Shown piece by piece: positions 26,861 to 34,089 of a stretch of DNA of 64,000 nt. A program made the position numbers and the translations under genes. Source of the stretch: a virus; IMG/VR virus record IMGVR_UViG_3300000756_000010; one strand, written 5' to 3'. The notes beneath the pieces were generated by a model that saw only the letters and a program-made list of their open reading frames with translations, was not told the DNA's origin and did not search any database. Position 1 is the stretch's first letter, and every line of letters starts with the position of its first letter.

Positions 26861-27573
26861 ACCCCAAGGGGATGCCCCCCCAAAAAAGAAAGGCAATCAA
26901 ATTTTTATCCCCCAGGGGGGGGAAATCCTTCGGAAAATAAAAAGGGGGCGCAATATTTTAGGGGGTCTTCGTTTTGGGATCATGCACGTTGGCCGTGCCC
27001 CGTCAGCAGAATGTATCCTATTTAATGCCCGTATTTATTGGCCTAAAGTTATCTATAATAAATCGACCTATGCAATTCGACGTGTCGACGGTGCGGAGAT
27101 TATGGCCGGTTATTCTCCGCAAAAATGCGTAGGAAAATCCCAAAAAAATCCCGACGCGCGGGTCACAAAACACTTTTTTTATGGGGGAACTTTTTGAAAA
27201 TCAGCAAAAAGGGGGGGGGGCAGTATGAGTCCCAGGTGTCGACCCCCCTGATTTTTCAAAATTTGAATCATGCAATCATTAGTCAGGTTATAATGATTAC
27301 CTAATCTTAGGTCGGCAACCTAAGATTCAAAGTGGGTTAAGCGTGGGTTAAGTGATCACATAAAACGCCCTTCATGGGCGGCGTTTAAGCTGAACAGCCT
27401 AAAATAGTAAACCGCCCTTTTCCAGCTTGGCGGGGATGCCAAGGGCGGACGGGGCGGCTTGCCGCCTAGCTTGCCTAAGGCGGGGCGGGGCGGGGCGGCA
27501 AGGGGGAAGGGCAAGGCGGGGCGGAAAATCGACATTAAGGGGTAATGGGATGTATCAAATGATGTAGTCCCAT

Positions 27574-27602
27574 AAAAAGAAAAGCCCCGCATTTTGGGGG
27601 CC
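27574..27602 (-). terminator. Terminator ending the early block
   Basis: GC hairpin (gcccc...ggggc) followed by ttttcttttt on the - strand. Confidence 0.6.
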
Positions 27603-27618
27603 GAGTAAAACGAAAAAG

Positions 27619-27879
27619 TTAGGAATTAGCGGCGGGGATGTCCGTTGCAATCCAAGCCCCCTTGCGAAGCTTCGGCAAGGCGGCGTCAAACGTGATTTGG
27701 GAGGGAGACCAGCCCCACCTTGCAAAGCAAAAGGCGGAAAGGCGGTTTGCCGACTTTTGCCCCATAGCTAGGCAGAGCTGCCCTTGCGAACTTACCCCGC
27801 CCCGGTGCGGTTCAATCCCTAGGCAATCCGCCGCCGATTGCATAAGTGCCAACTGATGCCGGACGTTTTCGTTTTCCAT
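27619..27879 (-). CDS. Hypothetical early protein (MENENVRHQL...)
   Basis: 86 aa, TAACATG start context immediately after the gp88-like stop. Confidence 0.55.
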   Translation of the reverse strand: MENENVRHQLALMQSAADCLGIEPHRGGVSSQGQLCLAMGQKSANRLSAFCFARWGWSPSQITFDAALPKLRKGAWIATDIPAANS

Positions 27880-27880
27880 G

Positions 27881-28630
27881 TTAGGCGGCGGCGGCGGCAC
27901 GGATTACAAAGCCGGACGTATCTCCCTTAGCTTTGCCTTTTGCTTTAAGGATTCCAATCCTGCCCCGCCCGTCCGCCGCTTTACGGTCGAGAAAGCGCAA
28001 GTCATGTTGATCACAAGAGAACGTAGGGCGGGCTTCAGTCATGCCGGGAAGGGCAAACCGCTTGCCAATCGTTACCCCGTCCGCAACGGCGGCAACATTG
28101 ACGCCGGCGGCAAGGGCAATCCCAGCGGCGGCGGCGTTATTCTCCGCAAGCGAAAAGGTAATATGGTAACCCTTAGGCAATTCGCCCTTAGCATAGGCAA
28201 GGGCACGGCGTAAGCTCTTACTGTAATCATAAAAGCGGCAGGTGGGGAAATCAGTAAACAGCTCAGGGGCTAACTTTTCCCAAGGCAAATCGCTTGTGCC
28301 GTTCAACCTGACAACGGGCTTTAGGCCCCGCCGCTTTGCCTTGCGGACTAAGGCGGCAATTTCCCCTTTCAGCGCGGCAATAAATCTGGCGCGGTTGTCA
28401 TGCAGGAACCTAGTCCGCATAACACGGGCGGCGTTGACCGCCTCAAATATGCCGGCACGTCCGGCGGTAAAGAGACAAGCGGCAAGGCAACCGGCGGACG
28501 CATGGGGGCAAAGGTTACCCACCCCCGCAAGCTCCCCAGGGGCAAGGTATAAAATCCCTGTAAGGTAACCGCTTGCCGTTCCCTTATCCGTCTTAGCGTC
28601 GGCTTCGACGCTGAGAAGATATGACGGCAT
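27881..28630 (-). CDS. Gp88-like phage protein (Cys-cluster, radical-SAM-like)
   Basis: K..KG...GY.TGILYLAP, CPHASAGCLAACL..AGRA, VRLNGTSDLPWE, FYDYSK, YHITFS; start 28630 or 28693. Confidence 0.7.
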   Translation of the reverse strand: MPSYLLSVEADAKTDKGTASGYLTGILYLAPGELAGVGNLCPHASAGCLAACLFTAGRAGIFEAVNAARVMRTRFLHDNRARFIAALKGEIAALVRKAKRRGLKPVVRLNGTSDLPWEKLAPELFTDFPTCRFYDYSKSLRRALAYAKGELPKGYHITFSLAENNAAAAGIALAAGVNVAAVADGVTIGKRFALPGMTEARPTFSCDQHDLRFLDRKAADGRGRIGILKAKGKAKGDTSGFVIRAAAAA

Positions 28631-28718
28631 ATAGAACGGCAATAATGCAGCGGGGTGAATGTTTACGGGGCTTTTTGGGGCTTTCGGGATCATTGGATTT
28701 GTTTTTTGGGGGGATAAA

Positions 28719-29069
28719 TTAAACGGTGGGGGGATGAGCTGGGTATGAAATAACGGCGGCGGCACGTTTTTTTTGCTCAATCAATGCGGCAATATTATTA
28801 AGGCGGGCGGCGTCTTCCCAGCCGAGGGAATCGGCGGGGAATATTTGACGGAAGGAACGGGCGGCGGCGTTAAGCTTCGCCGGGGCGTTTTCCAGCTCCG
28901 CCCAGCTTACGGCGGAAGAAACGTCATCAAGGTCATCAATTACGGAAGCGACGTTCATGCCGCCAAATTTTGCAGCTGGAAAATCAATGGCCGTCGAAGC
29001 CAGTAAGTCGGCGACGTTTTCGACCTGATTAAGAGCGGATTGAATCTCAGCGGGGAGGGGAGTTTTCAT
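28719..29069 (-). CDS. Hypothetical early protein
   Basis: Ala-rich helical ORF, AACATG start. Confidence 0.5.
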   Translation of the reverse strand: MKTPLPAEIQSALNQVENVADLLASTAIDFPAAKFGGMNVASVIDDLDDVSSAVSWAELENAPAKLNAAARSFRQIFPADSLGWEDAARLNNIAALIEQKKRAAAVISYPAHPPTV

Positions 29070-29095
29070 GTTTTTGATTTGGGTTTTTAACTGGG

Positions 29096-29494
29096 TTAGT
29101 ACAAAAAAAGGACGCCTTGCTCTGAACAATGTTCCAAGTCTTCGGAATACTCTGCAACCGTCGGAACGTCGGAGCTATGGCAAGGGGTTGAGCAAAAACA
29201 ACCGTCGGCGTCGTCGTCTTCGTCTCCAATGTCGGCGACAAACCAGCCGCCGACCATTCCAGTATTTGCCAGCTTGTCGCGCCCGCCTTTAGTAAGAGAG
29301 CCGTAAAGCTTAACTAGCGTCTTCACTCGGACAAAAACGGACTCTTCATCCCAGTCATTCAATCCAGCTTTGCACGTCTCAGCTTTAGCTTCCTTAAGGG
29401 TTAAAAAATCGGCCGAAGTGATCACGCAAACCTTACTTTTCTTGCGGGGAAGGGCGTTAAGAGACTCAAGGAAGCGGTTAATGTTTTGATTCAT
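29096..29494 (-). CDS. Hypothetical early protein with acidic C-terminal half
   Basis: 132 aa; upstream promoter-like site. Confidence 0.55.
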   Translation of the reverse strand: MNQNINRFLESLNALPRKKSKVCVITSADFLTLKEAKAETCKAGLNDWDEESVFVRVKTLVKLYGSLTKGGRDKLANTGMVGGWFVADIGDEDDDADGCFCSTPCHSSDVPTVAEYSEDLEHCSEQGVLFLY

Positions 29495-29501
29495 GGGTAG
29501 G

Positions 29502-29531
29502 AGATTAAAGGCAAAATGCGGCGGATGTCAT
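29502..29531 (-). promoter_or_regulatory. Sigma70-like early promoter
   Basis: - strand ATGACA-N18-TAATCT, ending 7 nt before ATG 29494. Confidence 0.4.
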
Positions 29532-29611
29532 AATCCAAAGGAATAAAACAATGGCGGCGGCGGCTAGCGCGTCTTTAATGGTTTGCATGGGATTTTGGAA
29601 AGCTTTGGGTT

Positions 29612-30013
29612 TTAGAGCGTGACGGTGTAACCCATGCTTTCCCAATAACGGTTTATTGCCCTGGGCTTTCCGTCGGCAATCAAAAGACCGGCTTCAAAAT
29701 TGCGGATTTTTTCAAGGGTTAGCTGGGGCGAATGCTCTGAAGAGATTAGAAGGGTACAAGCTACGGACTGGGTTTCATGGAACTCTCCGTCGGTGCAACG
29801 CTCTTCGCCGCTCTTATAAGGGCGGGGGGGCGTATGCCCCAAAATCTTGATTCCGTCCCTCACAAGCTGGATTTCAAAAGTTTCCCAAAGCTGGGAACGG
29901 CAGGCGGAAGCCGGTTCATTTTCGACGGCAATATATTCCCAAATCAGGTTGACCGTAAAACCTTGAGGGACGGTTTCAGGATTGGAGAGAGAACGGGCGG
30001 AGGCGGTTTTCAT
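29612..30013 (-). CDS. Hypothetical early protein
   Basis: 133 aa from MKTASARS; A-rich leader. Confidence 0.5.
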   Translation of the reverse strand: MKTASARSLSNPETVPQGFTVNLIWEYIAVENEPASACRSQLWETFEIQLVRDGIKILGHTPPRPYKSGEERCTDGEFHETQSVACTLLISSEHSPQLTLEKIRNFEAGLLIADGKPRAINRYWESMGYTVTL

Positions 30014-30044
30014 GATTTTATTTTTAGGGTTAAATTTTGGGTTT

Positions 30045-30401
30045 TTAGAGGTTATATTTTTTCTCAATTGCGGCACGGTACTCTTTAGCCTTGGAAACCT
30101 CTTCGTCGGCAAGGTGGGCGGCAGCTTCGGCACCTTCAGCTTTTATGACGGCCCAGCAATCGCCGCCGCCTTCCAAATCTTGAGAGCCGTTCTGATAGGC
30201 AAGCTCGGCGGCAGCTTCCAAGAAACGGTAAAACGCCCATGCCTTCTTAGAAGCTGCAATAGCTTCCCATTCCTTTAAACGGGCGAGGGATATCTCCGCC
30301 GCTTTAATCGAGCGGGCGTCTCCTGATGATTCGGCAGCGGCAAGGCAGGCGACGGCGTCGGTTGCGGTTTGATTGATATTGATACGGTGGGCGGGGTTCA
30401 T
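30045..30401 (-). CDS. Hypothetical Ala-rich early protein
   Basis: 118 aa from MNPAHRIN; AACATG context. Confidence 0.55.
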   Translation of the reverse strand: MNPAHRININQTATDAVACLAAAESSGDARSIKAAEISLARLKEWEAIAASKKAWAFYRFLEAAAELAYQNGSQDLEGGGDCWAVIKAEGAEAAAHLADEEVSKAKEYRAAIEKKYNL

Positions 30402-30438
30402 GTTATTTATTTTTTTTGGGTGGAAAGGAATTAAGTGA

Positions 30439-30708
30439 TTAAAAGGCTCGGCGGCGGCTTGCCGTCCGTTGAAGGCGGACATAAAAGGCGTGTTTAATTC
30501 CAATGACTTTGTCCGATTCAATCAGGCAAACGGATTTTGGGAGCCAATTTTCTCCATCTACCAAAACCGCTTTTTCCGTTTCTTTAGTGATCACAAAAGT
30601 GCAAACGAAAGAAGAGAAGTAAGTCGGAAAATAGCCGGGGTGGGCGGCATTAAACGCTTTTGAATAATCGTCTGAGTGAGGGAAGTCGGCGGGTTTCATA
30701 GGACACAT
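30439..30708 (-). CDS. Hypothetical early protein (ETEKAVL...WLPKS type)
   Basis: ETEKAVLVDGENWLPKS is a pattern seen in small phage proteins. Confidence 0.55.
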   Translation of the reverse strand: MCPMKPADFPHSDDYSKAFNAAHPGYFPTYFSSFVCTFVITKETEKAVLVDGENWLPKSVCLIESDKVIGIKHAFYVRLQRTASRRRAF

Positions 30709-31240
30709 AAACAAAAATAAGCACGGCGTGCCGTCAACGCCTATTTATCAAATCATTTGACCGTCTTTATAGAAGGGCGGCACGGCATGGGGGGGGGGAT
30801 GGCTTACCCTATGCCTACCCTTGCCCCAGCTGGGCGGCTTCCTTAGGTGGCAAGCTGGGCGGCAAGCTGGGCGGACGGGGCGACCCCATGCACGGGGCGG
30901 CAGCTTAATACTAAGCAGGGCGGCAGCGGGGCGGCGGCATGACATCAACCCAGCTGGCACGGCAACCCCGCCGGCATAGGCACCGGCACCGGCGGCAACG
31001 GAAACCCCCACCTAACAGGGGGGAGGCAAAGTCATGGCCGCTAAGTGGGGCGGCAGTGGGGCATGGGTGGGGGGAGCTTGCCTGAATCCTGACCTATTCA
31101 CTGATCATTAGTGCCCCACTAAGGATTCTCTTTGGGGTTCCGCCAGCGGGGGGGGCGAAGCCCCGCCGACCCCACTAAAAAGTTGGGGGTAAACCTGCAA
31201 AAACCATTCAAAATGATATGTCCGGCTATATGTGTTGTTA

Positions 31241-31276
31241 TAGCAACTACAGTAGCAACCACAGTAGCAAAACATA
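31241..31276 (+). repeat. Three 12-bp direct repeats (TAGCAACTACAG / TAGCAACCACAG / TAGCAAAACATA)
   Basis: Read directly in the divergent intergenic region. Confidence 0.8.
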
Positions 31277-31286
31277 TAGACAATTC

Positions 31287-31377
31287 ATTTACTTTGTATC
31301 TACCTAAAGGTAGATAAGACAAAGTAAATAATGGTCAGACCATTATTGGCTTTACGCTTGGAAGCGTAGCCATAATG
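31287..31377. promoter_or_regulatory. Cluster of overlapping inverted repeats including perfect palindrome AATAATGGTC-A-GACCATTATT (31327-31347)
   Basis: Arms checked by hand; function (operator, ori or cos) not determined. Confidence 0.6.
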
Positions 31378-31385
31378 TCCGCCCA

Positions 31386-31757
31386 ATGAGCCAACCCTTC
31401 CGCCCCTTCCGCCGCCGCACAGGCCAGCCACCGATCACCAGGCGTCCCGAATCGCCGTGGGCTAGGGCGTGGCGTCTGTCGCCGGAAAGGATGCGGCAGC
31501 ACATTGGCCAACTGAACGACGCCCGGACGGCCAAATCGGATGAAGCCGCCCAGCTTGTCCAAGCGGTCATCAACCTGATCCCCGCCGACAAGGGCTACCG
31601 TGCCCACGAACTTCGAGACTTGTTCGCCTCTGAGTGGGGAAGGTGCTACGACGAGCCTCTGACCAAGAAGGACGCATGGAACAAGATTCGCAAGGCCATG
31701 CGTCACGGGATGCTTGGGCGGGATGACAACGGTTTGATATATCCACGACAAGGGTAG
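31386..31757 (+). CDS. Hypothetical basic protein
   Basis: 123 aa; first rightward gene. Confidence 0.6.
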   Translation: MSQPFRPFRRRTGQPPITRRPESPWARAWRLSPERMRQHIGQLNDARTAKSDEAAQLVQAVINLIPADKGYRAHELRDLFASEWGRCYDEPLTKKDAWNKIRKAMRHGMLGRDDNGLIYPRQG

Positions 31758-31816
31758 AGGGGTTGACTGACGGGACAGTATGGCGTAACGGTGGAGGGGT
31801 GGTAATAAATAACGAC

Positions 31817-32044
31817 ATGAACGAAGAACAGCTTCGGGCGGCTTGCGACACCATCGTAGCCGACGCCAAGCAACTTCGGAAGATTGGAGCCTTGAACATC
31901 CTTCGTGCCGCGCACATCTCGGAACACAGCGGAGACGAAGAGGTGGTACAGATGCTTGTTTGCGAGGCGGCTGTCATGCTTTCGGTTGCCAGCCAGATTG
32001 AAGACCTGTTCTGTCCTTCTACCGATACCGATGCCAATCTATGA
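31817..32044 (+). CDS. Hypothetical protein (MNEEQLRAAC...)
   Basis: 75 aa; ATG 31817 preferred. Confidence 0.55.
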   Translation: MNEEQLRAACDTIVADAKQLRKIGALNILRAAHISEHSGDEEVVQMLVCEAAVMLSVASQIEDLFCPSTDTDANL

Positions 32045-32591
32045 AGATTATCAGAGGTTCTGGAAGCTGCTATCGAAGGCGGAACGACAGGCGTTGCTTT
32101 CGACTGGGTTCGACCCGGCCCGGCCCGACGACGCCGGCGTCCCTTTCGCACATCGTTACTTTTCAGGAGAACCTACGGACGAGGGTGATGGTGAACACCA
32201 AACCGTGGGCGGATGGGGTAAGGGCTATGACATCAATAATCTTCAGGCGTTACAATGGAGGTTGCGTGATCGCAACGAGACGTCCGAGATGAGCAATAAG
32301 ATGTTCACACAGGACGAGGTGCTGGACATCCTCCGCAAGGTGATTGCCGTCATTGATTTTTCGACCCATGCAGAAGTACGTCTCCACGGAACGTGCATCA
32401 AGTTGGCACTAGGGATGCCCGACCAGCCGACCATGACAGCCTTGGCCAACCAGCACCGGCTGACCCGTGCGGCAATCTCGGCGCGGGTAAAGACTATCCA
32501 GCGTAACTTAAACCTGCCACCGTCGCTGTACATGAAGTCCGACGCCGCTTGCAAGAAACTGTCCAACGCCCGAAGGAAGAAACTCAAGTGA
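32031..32591 (+). CDS. Transcription regulator with C-terminal HTH (sigma region 4-like)
   Basis: PTMTALANQHRLTRAAISARVKTIQRNL HTH; directly upstream of terS. Confidence 0.55.
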   Translation: MPIYEDYQRFWKLLSKAERQALLSTGFDPARPDDAGVPFAHRYFSGEPTDEGDGEHQTVGGWGKGYDINNLQALQWRLRDRNETSEMSNKMFTQDEVLDILRKVIAVIDFSTHAEVRLHGTCIKLALGMPDQPTMTALANQHRLTRAAISARVKTIQRNLNLPPSLYMKSDAACKKLSNARRKKLK

Positions 32592-33223
32592 GCGACAGAC
32601 CTCGCCCCATCGACCTTGCTGGACGCTTCGGTGTCACCAAGCAGGCCATCAACAAATTCATCCAAGCGGGGATGCCCATCGACTCAATCGAGTCCGCTGA
32701 AGCCTGGTACATGGCACGGGGTGCCGGTCGCATGGGCAACAACGTCCGACCCGATAAGGATTTCAATGAGACCGTCGAGCGTCAGCGCGAACTGAAGGCT
32801 TTGGCCTACCAGCAGTACCTTGACGACCTTGGGAGTAATTCGCCCGACGCCAGCAAGTCGTATGCGACCTACGACAAGTTGGTAAAGACGCTGGTCACGC
32901 TGGAGAAGGAACTCCAAGCCCGACAGATTGCCAGCCGTGAGTACATCCGCACCCAGACCGCCATCGAAAGGTTCGGAAGAGTGTTCGCGCAGGTTCGGGA
33001 GGAGGTTACTCAGCTCGGCACTAAACTGGCGTCGAGGGTCAACCCTGACAATCCCGGTCGTGCCATGAAGGCCATCGACGACGAGGTAAAGAAGATGCTA
33101 GAACGACTTTCGTCCGCCGCTGGCTATGCCGAGCAGGCCGTGATCAAGGAAGTAGACACGGAAGATCCAATTGAGGTTGACTCTGGCGATGAGGATTCAA
33201 TAGATGAGGTTGAATCGCCATGA
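32588..33223 (+). CDS. terS: Terminase small subunit (Nu1-like)
   Basis: N-terminal HTH RPIDLAGRFGVTKQAINKFIQAGMP, coiled coil, P..LA.R.; GTG start at 32588. Confidence 0.8.
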   Translation: MSDRPRPIDLAGRFGVTKQAINKFIQAGMPIDSIESAEAWYMARGAGRMGNNVRPDKDFNETVERQRELKALAYQQYLDDLGSNSPDASKSYATYDKLVKTLVTLEKELQARQIASREYIRTQTAIERFGRVFAQVREEVTQLGTKLASRVNPDNPGRAMKAIDDEVKKMLERLSSAAGYAEQAVIKEVDTEDPIEVDSGDEDSIDEVESP

Positions 33224-34089
33224 GTTACTTTGAACCTCCACCCCAAACTAAATTTACAGTACTTAATCTAGGTGCTGGCGTCCAGTCGTCGGCTTTGGCC
33301 CTTATGGCCGCCAAGGGTGTGGTCGGCCCTATGCCAGATTTTGCTGTATTTGCCGATACCCAGGCCGAACCGACCAGCGTATATAAATGGCTTGATTGGC
33401 TTGAGACCCAACTTCCATTCCCTGTTATTCGTGTAACCAAGGGAAGCCTTACAGAGAGCATTCTTAAAATTAGAGTAAAAGAAAAATGCAAGTATTCGGA
33501 AGCCCCAATGACTTACCTGCGCACAAATATCCCAGTTTATGGACTTACACCTTCTGGTGAAGTAAAGCCAGCTTTGGGACGTGCTTGTACCGCCGATTTC
33601 AAAGTAGCTCCGATTATCAAAGAAATCAGAAGTCGTTGCGGGATTAGGCATGGTCAGAAAGAAATTACTGTCACTCAATGGCTCGGAATCTCCTACGACG
33701 AGATGCAACGTATGAAACTGCCAAGAGATCCGTGGACGCAGCATCGCTGGCCTTTAGTCGAAAAGCGGATGACTCGTTCTCATTGCAAAGAATGGATGGA
33801 AAAAAACGGTTACCCAGAGCCTCCTCGCTCGGCTTGTTATTATTGCCCATTCCATGATGATGATGAGTGGCGACGCCTTAAAACGGAAGACCCAGAACAT
33901 TTTCAAAAGGCCGTTGAATTCGACAAGACCTATCGCCGCCTTCAAAACGAAAACCCCGGTGGTTTACGCATTGAGGTTTATCTTCACAAATCATGCAAGC
34001 CTCTCGACGAAGTAGATTTCACAGATAAGCACAAAGACCAGCTTGGCTTTGACTTTAAGTCCGAGTGCGAGGGGATGTGCGGTTTGTGA
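33220..34089 (+). CDS. PAPS-reductase / adenine nucleotide alpha-hydrolase family protein (DndC-like)
   Basis: PP-loop variant LNLGAGVQSS, FADT..E, WLGIS.DE..R, SACYYCPFH, CEGMCG. Confidence 0.75.
   Translation: MSYFEPPPQTKFTVLNLGAGVQSSALALMAAKGVVGPMPDFAVFADTQAEPTSVYKWLDWLETQLPFPVIRVTKGSLTESILKIRVKEKCKYSEAPMTYLRTNIPVYGLTPSGEVKPALGRACTADFKVAPIIKEIRSRCGIRHGQKEITVTQWLGISYDEMQRMKLPRDPWTQHRWPLVEKRMTRSHCKEWMEKNGYPEPPRSACYYCPFHDDDEWRRLKTEDPEHFQKAVEFDKTYRRLQNENPGGLRIEVYLHKSCKPLDEVDFTDKHKDQLGFDFKSECEGMCGL

Noticed and set aside
27443-30882. 14-bp direct repeat GGGCGGACGGGGCG at 27443 and 30869 as att-like ends of a mobile cassette
   Set aside because: Low-complexity word inside a GGCGG-saturated region; no recombinase is encoded.
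30748-31011. 87-aa Ala/Pro/Arg-rich ORF in the divergent intergenic region
   Set aside because: Low-complexity GC-rich sequence without a convincing start context; probably non-coding.
31241-31276. Short direct repeats (also GGCAAGCTGGGC twice near 30849-30872) considered as CRISPR
   Set aside because: 12-bp units with no spacers and no cas genes.
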